The notes under the pieces are model-generated. The model did no database searches. It was given only the letters and a program-made list of their open reading frames with translations, and was not told where the DNA came from. Positions 28,383 through 43,121 of a stretch of 64,000 bases of DNA are shown piece by piece (position 1 is the first letter of the stretch; every line of letters begins with the position of its first letter). This DNA comes from the human T2T-CHM13v2.0 reference genome, Homo sapiens. A program made the position numbers and the translations under genes. The stretch is from NCBI RefSeq assembly GCF_009914755.1, contig NC_060927.1. One strand, 5' to 3'.

Positions 28383-28896
28383 CTGAAAGATGGAATTCTT
28401 CAAAGATCTGAGCCCACGCAACTCACTTGGGTGAGTAAGAGACATCAGATATCTGAGGTTCTGCAACTGTAGCCAAGACTTCCTAAACCATCAAGGAGCT
28501 GAGGGGTGGACATCTTCCGGGAAAGGGGAATGGGGTTAGTGTGTTCTATTCATTTTTATGTTGGTTTTCTCTTGAGGCATAAAATGAGGACCCAAGCTAA
28601 CATCTAATCAAAATATATTTTTTACCTTAGTTTGGATAGCAATAAAAAAAATTTTCCATAACGTTTATATACATCAAAGGAAAAGCAAACAAAATAAGAT
28701 AAAGATAATTTAGATATAGTATAATTATAAAATGAGGAAATAAACTCTGCAAAAAGGAACTTTCAGCTCTGCCAGAAGCCATGAAGATCTCGACTGACCC
28801 TGTTTAGAATGTGGCTCTCACCCATTAATTCCACTCACTGCCCACGAGGAGGAAAGTGTCTTGGAATGAAGAAGATTGTCTCCGGGGACTGACTGT

Positions 28897-28952
28897 CTTT
28901 CTTTCTTTCCTTCTTTCTTTCTTTCTTCTTTCTTCCTTTCTTCCTTCCTTTT
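28897..28952. repeat. (TTTC/TTCC)n microsatellite
   Basis: Direct reading. Confidence 0.9.
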
Positions 28953-29379
28953 CATCCATTTAAAAAATCAAGCTTTATTTTGATTTCTAGGCACATATCT
29001 TTTATATTCCTGAAGTAAAAACACTTTTTTATACAAAATAATTTCCTTCAGTACAAGGATTCAATAAAGGCTTTATTTTTAAAGACTTCATGAACTTTAA
29101 TATTCTTTTTATTTCATGGTAAAAACACTTAACATGAGATCTACCCTCTTAAATTTTTAAGTGTACAATACAGTATTGTTAACTATAGGTACAGTGTTGT
29201 ACAGCAGAGTTCTGGAACCAGAGACTTTGGCAATAGCTGTTTTTCTCCTTATTTTCTCATAATGATAATGCGCTCCTTGTGCATTTACACATTTTTAAAG
29301 AAACTGGTTCCTAAGGATTTTATTATTAAATGCTTGCAGTCGAGCTGGGATGGGAGCACCCGTCAGTCTCCTCTCCAGG

Positions 29380-32300
29380 GAAAAATGGGGCCTCAATGGG
29401 GAGAAGTAACCAGCCCAGAAAAAAATCAATAGGGTATGAACAACAAAAGATAATAAATCCAGAGTAAGGAGGAAAGAAATAACTCCTGTAGCTATCCTCA
29501 GTGAGGAATATCACCAAATCTTTGTATAGCCAGGAATTTACCAATTCCCTCAAAGTATGAAAAAAAAAAAAATCCCTGAGGAGTGTCTCTGCCCTGCCAC
29601 CACCCCGTCTGGGAGGTGAGGAGCGTCTCTGACCGGCCGCCCCATCTGAGAAGTGAGGAGCCCCTCCGCCCGGCAGCCGCCCCGTCTGGGAAGTGAGGAG
29701 CCCATCCGCCCGGCAGCCGCCCCATCTGGGAAGTGAGGAGCGTCTCCGCCCGGCCAGCCGCCCCGTCCGGGAGGTGGGGGGCAGCCCCCGCCCGGCCGCC
29801 GCCCCATCTGGGAGGTGGGGGGCGCCTCTGCCCGGCTGCCCCGTCTGGGAAGTGAAGAGCCCCTCTGCCCGGCCGCCACCCGCTCTGGGAGGTGTACCCA
29901 ACAGCTCATTGAGAATGGGCCATGATGACGATGGCAGTTTTGTCGAATAGAAAAGGGAGAAATGTGGGGAAAAGAAAGAGAGATCAGATTGTTACTGTGT
30001 ATGTGTGGAAAGAAGTAGACATAGGAGACTCCATTTCGTTCTGTACTAAGAAAAATTCTTCTGCCTTGGGATGCTGTTGGTCTATAACCTTGCCCCCAAC
30101 CCCGTGCTCTCTGAAACATGTGCTGTGTCCACTAAGGGATAAATGGATTAAGGGCGGTGCAAGATGTGCTTTGTTAAACAGATACTTGAAGGCAGCATAC
30201 TCCTTAAGAGTCATCACCACTCCCTAATCTCAAGTACCCAGGGACACAAACACTGCGGAAGGCGGCAGGGCCCTCTGCCTAGGAAAACCAGAGACCTTGG
30301 TTCACATGTTTATCTGCTGACCTTCCCTCCACTATTGTCCTATGACCCTGCCAAATCTCCCTCTCCGAGAAACACCCAAGAATGATCAATAAATACAAAA
30401 AAAATTAAAAAAAAAAAAAGAAAGAAAGAAAGAAATAAGGCTAGGGATAACTAAAAAGAAAGATAGCACCCAGAGGGTTTTTCAAAATGTGTTTGAAGCT
30501 GGGACGAATAGATTGCGGTAGGCAGGGTAGCTTTCAATTTCGATAACTAGGAGACTGTACACATTTATAATTGCTCTAAAGAAATGACACTTTCCTTTGG
30601 TCTTCAAGTTTCCAAGCCTTATATTCAAAAGAAGGTAATACCTAAAATCAGCAAATGATCCTCTGTTTTGTAGATGAGCAGCAAAGATGTAAGAATTGTT
30701 TTCTCCTATATCCTAAGAGTTGCTTTGCTTAATATATGAAAGAGACACTCTGAAAGATTATTTGCTTAAAATATGGAAGAGACAACCTGACAATGCCTAC
30801 ATGAAGGAGGAAAAGGAGAGAAGTTTCTATTTATTGAGTGCCTAGTATGTACTAATCAATATTGCTAATATTTATTGCACATTTAATATTTGCTGGTCAA
30901 TGTGTGTTTTCACTTATTTATCTTCGCAAGAAGCTTATAAGGTAGGTGCTATTATAATCATCATTTCGTGATGAGAAAAGGATCTTAGGCAAGTAAACTA
31001 TCTTCACAGGAATATAACCAGGATTTGGTCCCATGGAGTATAACTCTAGAACTCCTGTGCTTAAAGACAAATGCCACCATTATACCACTGGATCCTCTTA
31101 ACAACTGTTGGAATACACAGGCATTAACCCCATCACACCAATGAAGAAAGTAAAACCTAGAAAGGCTGAATAATAATTTGCTCTAGGTCATGCAGCTACC
31201 AGGTCACAGAGCCAAAGTGGAATTCTAGGTCTTTGTAACTCCAAAATCTTTTTCCAAGAATGCCACACTGCTTTTCCTTGTGTTTCTCCTAGGATAGGTG
31301 ATACAGGAACATAACAGCCATATTAAAGCTTTCTTTCATTCTTTAGCTAAGAAAGCACTGCATCTTAAATAAAAGGGTATTTCCGTTTAGAATATTTATA
31401 AAGGTTAATGAGGAACGAAATGAACTGAAAGCCAGCAGGGAAATATTCCCAGCTGTAAACACCAAACTTTTACATTCTAATTCTACAAGAAAATATCCCA
31501 AACAGAACATCAAATTTTTTAATCAGATGCAGGTGAATCAGCTGAGCAACATTTTTACCATTTTTTTATCTCTGTTTAGAGGTCACTACCGACTAAACAT
31601 TGGCAACATCACTCTGTTCAGGCAAATGTTGGATGAAGTAGGTGCTTAAAAAGGGAAAGGTGGACTCAAGTCCTACAATGAGGAATTTCCCATAAAAACA
31701 AGGAAATTAATACAGGATTTCTTTCGTCTTTTTCCATTAAAATTATGAGGTCTTTTTTTATCATTTTTTTTCAGAAGGTGGAAAAGGAGTAAAAAGACAC
31801 GGAGTCAATTGTGCCTTTTATCTTAGTGGGAGTAGGCTTTTGGGAAGCTAACAGCATATATCTTATAAAGGCCTCTTTGTCACTATGTATACTCATGGTC
31901 CAGAAGGCAAAGGTTCTGGGGGCATCTATGAGCATCAACTTGGGCAATCTTGGTGATCACAGGAACAGCAAATCTTCTTTAAGTTTTGAGAGAGACCATA
32001 GTGAGATAACAGGGTTGATCCAAAGCCTGTAGAAAATCTAGGACAAATTATTTTGGCAACTGGTTCCAAACCACTTCATACCTGCCAAAGGGTGCATCAA
32101 TCTACTAAGCCAGCTTTTACTAAAGCCAGTTCTCTCTTATACTGACAAGGAAAATTAAAACCAGATGGGGTCAGATAATAACTTGCCCTAGGTCATAGAG
32201 CTGGCAACTAACAGAACTACTTGTCTATCAAACTAATGGCATCCTCTTTATTAGCCATATCTGCCTACATGACAGTTTTTTACCTTACTAGACCCAAGAG

Positions 32301-33340
32301 GTTTCCCAGCATCTCAAATACCTAAAAACACAGACATTCAATGTCACTCTCTTTCCACCCCGCTTGCCTCCCTGTACCTTTCCTCATGCTGACTTTCCTA
32401 TTTCTGCTCATGCCACCAAATTTTTTTCTGAATCATGAAGGCTCAAAACCTTAGAGTCATGTTCAACTCATCTTCCTTGCCAAGTTCTGCTAATTCTGCT
32501 GCAACAACATCTCCCAAATTTGTTCACTTTCAAGCATCTCAGTGGTAACATGAAGTGTAGGATACCATCACCTGCCTTTCACTTAAACTACTCAATGGGT
32601 TCCTAACCCCTTTCCTGCCTTCTAGTCATATTGTATTCTAATTCATCCTTGTTCAAATCTATCCTTACACCACTACTGAATTAATCTTTCTAATGTCTCA
32701 TTATGTCACCCCAATCAAAAATTTTTTATCTCAAGTCATCCCGAGTAATTTCCACCTCATTTTCAAACCCATATATCAAATATTTCATGAATATGTTTCA
32801 CTTCATATAAATTGGGTATGACCATTTAGATTCATTGGTTTTTATTTATAACTTTTAGGTAGTACATTATACGTTTCTTAATATTCTTATTTCCCACCCT
32901 ATTATTTGCAAATTTTTGAAGGACAGAGACTGCATCACACTTTTCAGTTTCTGGTGATACTTAATAATTTTTGCCAAATAAATAATCAGTAAGTTTTTTT
33001 CACTTGGGTGCAAAATAATCAAATAGACTGGAATTAAAGTATGTCAAGGTCTGCCTAAAGCAAATCTCTCAAGTTAAAATGAAATAAAAGAAATTTATAA
33101 GAACAACAACAAAAAAAATCCTACCCAGCAAAACTCCAGTGCTATCATTGAAGGTCATTTTTGCTTTTGCATACTTTTATTCTTTCATAGTTCCCAATAT
33201 ATCCCCTTTCTACATTTTCTTGAATCAATTTTGATCATTTGTATTTGTAAGATAAAATCTTTCACTTTTTCAGGGTTTCAAGATGACCAGCACAGACCTG
33301 AATGCAGTGTGCATTTGTAACACACATGTCCTCTGTCTGT
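29380..33340 (+). pseudogene. Possible second decayed gene fragment, unidentified family
   Basis: Plus-strand exon-like pieces (~29380-29554, 30718-30815, 31298-31376, 31582-31637, 31775-~31830+, 33274-) with mostly phase-compatible splice sites and isolated stops. Confidence 0.35.
29575..30435 (+). mobile_element. 5'-truncated SVA (VNTR + SINE-R + A/GAAA tail), older-subfamily-like
   Basis: gtgaggagcgtctctgcccggc VNTR units, SINE-R, AATAAA and tail; TSD not resolvable within A-runs. Confidence 0.95.
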
Positions 33341-33469
33341 AGACACAGTACCTTCCTCATTTTGATGTTGTAAAACGTTTTCATCCTATGACTAAATTTT
33401 CTATACTGCTAACAGGCTGTGGTTAATAAATTAGAGGGCTCCATGTTTATTGTATTGATCACTTGTCTG

Positions 33470-33850
33470 TAAAGGAAAAAAAACATTTTTTTCTCCTACT
33501 ATATTCTCACTCGACACCCTCAATATTTCACTTCTGACATCAAGCATGTGTGGGTTTTTCCCACACAACAAGCAATCCTCTAGCAGACACCAGCTGGGTG
33601 TCTCACAATTTAACTCAATTCCAACACCACCTACCTGGAGATTGTGTCAGATATCACAGGTTGAGGGCTCAGCACCACAAGTCTGCTCCCACTGTTGATA
33701 CCAATCACCAGCCCCAGGTCGTTTTTCCTGTGCTTCTGACCGAACTGCTGTGAATCAGGGTTCCCATGAGTGCCCTCCTCATGTTTAATAATTTGCCAGG
33801 ACAAATCAAAGAACTCAAAGAAACATTTTACTTACTATTGCCAATTTATT
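33470..33850. mobile_element. MER21-like LTR fragment
   Basis: gacaccagctgggtgtc...aattcc..cacc.ctacctggagat...cacaggttgagggctcag. Confidence 0.6.
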
Positions 33851-34333
33851 ACAAAAAGAAATAAATATTTATTACAAAAAGGAAGACAAAACGAGGATAA
33901 AAACAATGGGATGAAAAAATATACCATGAAAATACTAACTGAAAGCTGCAGACAAACACAGGCATCACAAAAGATAAAAGGAAATATTATTTGTGGAAAA
34001 GGGGACTTTTTTGCACAGTGATAAAAGAGTCAATTCTGCAAGACAACATTAATAATCCTGAACATACATGCACCTAGCAACACAGTGTTAAAACACATGG
34101 AGCAGAAACTGATAGGACTGATAGAAGAAACAGACAAATCCATTAATACATCTAGAGACTAAATAAGTGGACCTTGGATTTATTCATCAGTTCTTCTAAT
34201 TTTCTTGTTTTCAAAATTATGATTGTAATACTATCATTTCCTTTCTCTTGCTTTCTTTAGCTCTGCTTTTTTTTAAAAAAAATTGAATTCTTAGTTTATT
34301 TTCAGATTTTCTTACCTACTATTGAAAGTACTT

Positions 34334-34693
<360 letters not shown>

Positions 34694-35519
34694 TCACTAT
34701 TGTTGCTTTTTAAACAAATTTTAATTGAAGTCTTATTTTTCTTCAGCCAAGAACTCCCCCCACAGAAGACTGCAGGTATTAGTCAAAGGAAAAAAAAATT
34801 AAGATAATAACAGACGTTAAAGAAGTCTATTAGATCCATGTCCCTGAATGGAAAGTCTAAATAGTTCCAATATGCTATTTCTTCTTAAATAATTGTGATA
34901 TCTAGTTCAAATTGGCAGGGTAGTTCTGAAGATTACGTGGAAGAATACACTTAAAAAATGATGAGCATGATCTACATTACTAGATAATAATATTATTAAA
35001 AGGCGTAATACCATGGTGTGATCCTGGCACTAGAATAGCTGAGCAGATAAATGGAAACTGACTTTGTATGTATGACAAACTTATGCGTGATAGAGGTGAC
35101 ACAGAATACAGGAGCAAGGAAAATAGGAAGAAAGGCTAAGACATCAGAAGAAAAGGCTGGGCTGTGCAGTAAAGTCTACTGGGATATTGACTAAATACTC
35201 TAAAAAAATACAGATCATCACCTTGCACCAAAGTTAATTACAGATGGATTAAAGATTTCAAAGTAAAAAGTGAACCAATAAAATAAGTAGAAGAAAATAA
35301 ACATGATAATTTACCTTATGACAATATGGAAAAGGACTTCTAAGATAAATTTTATTGTTTTTATCAAAGTAATACATATTCTATGTAAAAATCATAGCAC
35401 AGCTATCACTAAAATAAAAATTACCTACAATTCCATAACCCAAAGAGTTCTCTACTAACATTTAATATAAAGCTTTCCAGAGATTACATATGAATATGTA
35501 TGTAATGCTGTAATAGACC

Positions 35520-35848
35520 CTGTCCTAGTCCATTTGCATTGCTATAAAGAAATACCTGAGGCTGGCTAATTTATAAAGAAGAGAGGTTTATTTGGCTTAT
35601 TTGGCTCATAGTTCTACAGACTGTACAGGAGGTGTGGCTCCAGCACCTACTCTTGGTGAGGCCTCAGGAAGCTTCCACTCATGGTGGAAGAGGAGGGGAG
35701 CTGGCAAGTCACATGGCAAGAGCAGAGCAAGAAAGAGAGAGAGGGGAGGGAGGTGCCAGGCTCTTTTGAACAATCAGTTCTTTTGGAACTCATAGAGCAA
35801 GATGAGGGACTCCCCCCATGACCCAAACACCTCCCACCAGGACCTCCT
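35520..35848 (-). mobile_element. MST (MaLR) LTR, partial
   Basis: tgtcctagtccatttgcattgctataaagaaatacctgaggctgg...cccccatgacccaaacacctcccaccagg. Confidence 0.85.
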
Positions 35849-35849
35849 T

Positions 35850-36399
35850 TGCCTCATTCCATGGCCAGGTGTGGAATCCCAAGGAAGTCCAGGCCCCAGA
35901 GGAGCCCTGGACCACTCGTGGCCTTCCAGAGCCCTGCAGGGCAGCAGGCACTAGAGTTTCTCCTATACAGATTCCCAAACCCATCTGGGATTCTATCCAT
36001 CCCGCCTCAGAGGCCTCTGCCTGGGGACTTCTCCAACCCCACCCAGCCTGCAAATGCCATGCCAGCCATTGCAGGACAAGGAGATGTAACTTCATTCTGA
36101 GTTTTCTTTCTCCATTCCTTATTCTTCCCTGCTGGGCAGGCCCCATAACTTCTCTGGTCCTGTAGATGGCGGGGGCAGTGATAGTTATAGTCATCGTGTT
36201 GCCAATACAGCATCCCAGGGCCACATTAAATCACCAGCCTCTGTGTCAACTCAGTGATCCGACGTCCTCATGCAGGAAGCAATCAGACAGGATTTAGAGC
36301 CATGTCTCCTTCCCCTGCTCTGGGGCCTGCTGCAGACCAGGAAGAACCGCGTGCTCAGCTCCTTCCACTCCTCCACCATGCCAAGCTACATTACCCCCG
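35850..36399 (-). pseudogene. Large spectrin-like exon remnant (about one full repeat)
   Basis: cccctgctccccag|..MVEEWKELSTRFFLVCSR / EAGDLMW.. / PPSTGPEKL / QQGRIRNGERKLRMKLHLL / MDRI / VWESV*EKL..RALE. Confidence 0.65.
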
Positions 36400-36489
36400 C
36401 TGGGGAGCAGGGGACAGGAAGAATTTTCCTTGATTGGGAACTTGGTTGTTCTCTGGTTTCTGGAATGTGTCAGGTGTTTCAAGTTGGCA

Positions 36490-37127
<638 letters not shown>

Positions 37128-38624
37128 CTGCAAGAGCAGACAGCAAGCTCTCAGCAGTTTCTTTGGTACGATGACAAGATCACATCCCCACCACACCCCT
37201 TGGGCAAGGTGGGAATCACAGCAGAGCTCTCTCCAAAATAATCCTATTCCATATATTTCTCAAAAGCCAATTATTGGTCCTCTTATACCATCAATACGGA
37301 TGAGAGGTTAAGAGCTGTATAAATGGTTTTTACGACTTTTATTATTTTTCATATAAATTCTTCACACTTTAATGTGCATTTAAGCCACCTGGAGACCTTG
37401 CTAAGGTGCAGATTCTGAGGGGGCAGGTCTGAGGTGGGACCAAGATTCTGCATTTTAACGGAATGGTATCCATTGATTGGACCACACGTGCACAGCAAAA
37501 GGCAAGTAGCACTGGCTGTTACACACTGGAATCGTCTGGAGAGATATAAAAAGCACTGAAGCCAGGAGCCAGCCATGGAATCTGATGTCCTTCATCTGGA
37601 GCATGGCCCGGTTTCAGGAATTCGGAAAGCTCCCAGGGGATGGTGCCATGCAGCCGGAGAGAAGTACAGACCCAGGCAGGTTCCAGGGACCTGCACTCTG
37701 CTGTCTTTGGGATTCGGGCCTCCACTCCTTTTGACTTGCTGTTGCATGGCTTTATCCTACCTGGGCTGGTGGGAAAGCTGACTGTTGGTGGTGGTGTTGA
37801 CTTCGTGCCTTGAGGCGTTTAGGGTTTTGCTTTTGAAAAACAGAAAAGAATGAATCTTAGATGCCAACCTAGGAGAAGAGGAAAAAGGAGACAAACAGAA
37901 ATGATCTGATTTTAAATCTCAAGTGACTGACTTCACCTGGAAATGACTAGATCAAAATTGCTGCTATCTGAAGAAAGCGTGTGAGGTAGAATTGAGCACA
38001 GACTTAGACAAATGCAACATGCTACAAATGTTTGTTATCTGAGGACAAGACTCATCTACCAGAATTACATTGCTGCAGTTATGTAAGCATGTTGCACCCA
38101 TAAGATAAAATGCTTTGTAGGCATAAAAAGGTGCTTTCAAAGAATATGTAATGAGATGAGAAAATGTTAAGTAAAAACATATATTAAGAACTTTGTATGT
38201 AATATAATTTCAACTTTGTTTATAATGTGTGTATGTTTATTTGTAGAAACAACGCTTGAAGGAAATACTCCAAAATACTGACAACAGTGATAAACTTATT
38301 AATAATTTAAATTTCGTTCTTTCCATTTTTCTGCATGTTTAGGGATTTTTTTGTCTTTTTAAAACAATGAACATATGTTGATGTTGTAATCAGACAATAG
38401 TATAAATGAAAAACGAAATAAGCCAAAGAGGTGAAGGAAGCACCAAGACTGCTGGGGCTTCCTCCGAAGCTGAGGTCGGAGCCTCATGACACACAGACGA
38501 GAGGTTCTCATAAAGAAGGTGAGAAGGATACAATTTAAAAAAAAAAAGAAGCTGAGAAAGAGAAAGAGATGCACAGGGGGTCAACAAGAAATGACCACCA
38601 GGACCATCGTATTGGTAGCAACAC

Positions 38625-39188
38625 TTGCCAGGAGAGGCAGCCGTGAGCAGCTTGCTCCACCCCTGCTCAATCTCATGAGGTTGTGCCTGGAGCCATTCCT
38701 TCCCTGGAGATAAGGAGCTCAGGAAACACAACCTGTGCTGAACTCACCACCGTGCTTGAGGACACCTTTCTCTGTTGTTTCCTCGTGTGTACTTCTTTGG
38801 TCTGCTTCAGCGTATCCATCATATCGTGCCTGGCCAACCTCACTGCCATATCTGTTGCCGACAAGAAGGAAATGAGGTCCTTCACCTGCAGCCTGAGAGG
38901 GGCACGTGCAGACCACCTCCCTGCATTGGCTTCAGGACAAGACCCACTGGCCACGGGGAACCAACAGTCACTAGTGAAGTTTCTCCGTGTAAGTAAAGTA
39001 TTGTTCCATCCAGTGCCTGTGTGAGTTGTGTCTTTCTTGGCAACCCTGACACCTGTAAACTGTGCAGTGGGTTGACATCCTGCTCCAGGTGGTAGGCAGC
39101 AGGTGTCACCTGCTTCACAATTCTAATGGCTATGTGAACACTTCCTTGGTGCCAGATGCAGTGCTTGGTGTCTAAGCATCTCTGTGGC
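38625..39188 (-). pseudogene. Spectrin-like exon remnants
   Basis: HQGSVHIAIRIVKQ..AAYHLEQDVNPL..RKTQLTQAL; VKDLISFLSATDMAV..DTLKQTKEVH..VVSSAQVVFPELL/SPGKEWLQAQPHEIEQGWSKLLTAA. Confidence 0.68.
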
Positions 39189-39801
39189 CTGATGAGGCTA
39201 CACTCTTGTTTATCCTTCCCTATTTCACACTTGAGAAAATTGAGGCAGTAAGCATTGAGTAACCTGGCCAAGGCCACACAGCTCATACTGCAATGCTGAG
39301 ACTCAACCTCAAATTTGTCTAGCTTTAGATCCTCAAACTGGAGCATCTCAGTCTTGCTGCCTCTTCCTCCCTCAAGAGCAAGTGGAAGTATCCAGGGTCA
39401 ATTGAACAAACTCCTCCTTCACATTGTCCAAGTTTTGGCTGAGTTGCACACTGAGCAGCCTTCAGGGCCAGGTGAGGCTGTGTAAGCTTTTGCTTTAATC
39501 AGCTCCCAATAGATTGCCCCCCTCCTGCTCCTTCAGTGCTGGTGATTTGTCTCTTGAATTTAAATTGCTCTCCTAAGAAGCCTCATTCATTCATTCATTC
39601 ATTCATTCATCTCTTTGTTCATCAATCCATCAAACTACAATAAGTCTTATTTTGTGCTGAGCATTGTGAAAGTTCACAGTCTACATTGTTACCCAACTAG
39701 TTAACCAGCCAGGAGTGAAAAATGGAACTTGTAGGTCAAATGACAGAGCAGGCACGTGTAAAATCCACCCCCAACATGCACCCCAAAAGTGTGGAGGTAC
39801 C

Positions 39802-40152
39802 TGCTATGTCTGAAGGCTTGTGTCTCCCCACCATAATTCATATGTTGAACCCTAATCTCTAGTGCAGTAGTGTTGAGAGGTGGGGCATCTGGAAGGCAAT
39901 TAGGTCAAAAGGGCAGAGCCCTTGTGAATGGGATTAGTGCCTTTATAAAAGAGGCCAGGGAGAACTTGTTTGTTCCTTCTGCCACGTGAAGACACAAAGA
40001 AGGCATCATCTATGAGGAATGGGCCCTCACCAGACACTGAACCTGCTGCTGTCTTGATCTTGGACTTCCCAGACTCCAGCACTGCGAGAAATACATTTCT
40101 ATTGTTTGTAAACTGGGTGTTTTATTACAGCAACCCAAATGGACTGAGACAG
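39802..40152 (+). mobile_element. MLT1A/MST-type LTR
   Basis: tgctatgtctgaa...aattcatatgttgaa...gaatgggattagtgcctttataaaagagg...ggactgagaca. Confidence 0.85.
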
Positions 40153-40217
40153 CATCCAGCTACATACTTAAGTTTTAAGAACTTAGCTGAGCTCTAAAGC
40201 AGTAAGTGAAATTTCTA

Positions 40218-40597
<380 letters not shown>

Positions 40598-41330
40598 TGA
40601 TGCACAGGAGCAAGGTCTCCAAGGAAGCGGGGGCTTAGTGCCCCAGCAGAGTCATAGAGAGAGACAGCAGAATGGGGCAGGTTCAGATGTGTGATTCCTT
40701 GGAGCCTGGAGCCAGATACACCTGACCCTCTGTGAACAAAGATTATGCTTTGGGTTTTAAAGTTGGTATGTTACAGTATTTTGTTGTGCTTGCAGATACA
40801 TTTTACATGGAAATGTGCATCTTACTATATTTCTAATATTAAGGAACTCAACACTTATACAGCTTGGTTTGGGTTCATTATCAAGGTGAATAAGCAGCTT
40901 TGCATAAACACTTTCCTACTACAAACATTTTAACAAATGCTTTTTTTAATAAACATTTTTAATCTTCAATGTTAATGTTACAAGTCAACACTTTTTGAAA
41001 CTATTATGACAAAAATTTCAATATTACAGGAAAATGAATCTTCTTAGCAAACAGATGTACACAGAAACTCAACTTTCTGAAGGCAAGTCATAAAATAAGT
41101 ATAGATTGAACTCAAATTTTATGGTAATTGGTATGCAAATATTCCCCAGTGTTCTCCTAATCCATCTAACAAGATGTAATGGCTAGCTTATTGCTTGTCT
41201 TCTCAAAGCATCTGTGTCAACAGACTCCCTTTTTTTTTTCAAGGTTCTTCATTAGCTGCTAGGCAAAGCCCATGTCTTCTGCTTCAGTTATATTTCCTAG
41301 CCAAGGCTGAATGAAAGAACATGGGCTTAC

Positions 41331-41491
41331 TTATTTCTGCTTCTACAACTGGGATCTGAATATTTATGCCCACTGGGTGTGGGAGGCACCAGAACCTACG
41401 GGAGCTCTCCGTGGTGCTGGCCATGACATCAGCTGTGGGCCAAGCTGCCCTTCCTCTAGCCTTGATCTCACCTTGAATGCCCTTCATGACT
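41331..41491 (-). pseudogene. Spectrin-like exon remnant
   Basis: ccttag|VMKGIQGEIKAR/GQLGPQLMS..HTQWA*IF..|GTAAGC. Confidence 0.58.
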
Positions 41492-42417
41492 CTAAGGCCA
41501 GCAATGATAGTGACTCAGATGCTGGCTTAATTGTCATGGTCTTGACCCCAGTCCTGGCCTTTGCCCTGTCCTGAACACTTCCTGTCCTTCCTTACTCTGA
41601 AGAACACTGATTGCCACTGTGCTCCTCCTAGACCCATTTACCCAGTCCATCCTATTCTGCCCACTTTTGCAGCCCCTCCCTGAAGGTTTACCAGAAGTTT
41701 CAGGGCTCCTCTATGACAGGTCCCCTCCAAGGGCCATTCTCTTTCCTTCTTTTTCAGACCGTTCCATCTTTTCATGTCCCATCAGCAAGTCGCTCCATTA
41801 TTCCATGTCTTGGACCAGAGCCAAAGTCTGAGCTAATATTGTGTTGTGTCAATTCTGAGTCCCATGTCTGAGTCTCACCTCCCCAAATAAACTGGGTTCT
41901 TCAGACAGGGAACCCCTCCTCCTTGCATCCTCTTGCTGTGGTTGGCACAGAGCTGGGCACACTGGGGGCTCTGGCTGCACAGACTGATTGGATGATTGAT
42001 GACTAATTGCTAACGGCTAATTCTAACCAGGTATGAGGAGCTGAACAGGGGCTGCCGTCTTCTCCGCCTTCCTCCACCTGCAGGAGTCTCTGTCTGTCTT
42101 GGGCATGGATCCTATGCTGCCGAGTGTGTAAATTAAGGAATAATAGAGCTGCAGAAGCATAAGCCCTCAATGATGGGGAATATGTTTGTCTGCTAAGAAG
42201 CAATTTCAGCGAAAATTAACTCCATTTCAACAGAAAGAGTGAGGCTTGGCATAAGCTGGCCAATCCCAGAGGACAATAAAATTACTTTGTCAAAGCTCTG
42301 CTTGCTTAAATTAACCAAGCGAGCACTCCAGGATCCTGGCTAGATACAGCAAGTAACTAGGTTTTAATGAACAAAAATAGCTTCTTGGATAAATGAGAAA
42401 AATAAACCACAGCCTAC

Positions 42418-43045
42418 CTCTAGCACAAGTACACATGGTGGCTGTCTCAAGGACACTTCCCTCAAGGTTATGCATGGCCATGAGTATCCTGTACAGTTTA
42501 GAACCATCTACATGTTGGCATTGGCTGTGCATCCTTGGGACTTGTTCTTGGTCATTGATGTCCTATCCGCTCTGTCTACACTGGCTTTGCCCTTGAGAAC
42601 TATGTTCTTGGCCATAGTGTCGTGGACAGTGAATCCTTTTTGGTTTTAGCCTCATGACTATGGACTGGCCACTCAGATCCTGGGAAACACTGGCCATTTC
42701 CCCCATGACTGTCTTCTTGGACAGCCACGTCCAGGACAATTGCCTGTCTTCATCTTGTCTTCTACATTGTGGCTTTAATCCATCCTGCCTGGTCAGCTGT
42801 GTTCTGGACAGCTGCTATACTGATTGTGCCATCCAGATCTATGACACTGGCTGGCTGTGCTTTGGCCTTAGATAGTTAAGTCCACCTGATTAGACTACTG
42901 ATGACTGTGTCCTGACTGACCACATTTTGGAAAGTTGTCTATACAGATTGGTAAAACATCTGGTCAAGCCCCCTCTCCACGTTAAATTTTTTCTGGTTAC
43001 TCATCTATATCAGTCAAGGTTCCACCAGAGAAGTAGAACTAGTAA

Positions 43046-43121
<76 letters not shown>

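Noticed and set aside
37350-37821. Possible KASH/transmembrane terminus
   Set aside because: No PPPX end, and spectrin-like remnants continue downstream
38748-38885. Stand-alone 138-nt exon ending at GTG|GTGAGT
   Set aside because: The next coding-like text begins only ~42 nt later, too short for an intron; treated as one frameshifted exon (the donor could still be used by a lncRNA)
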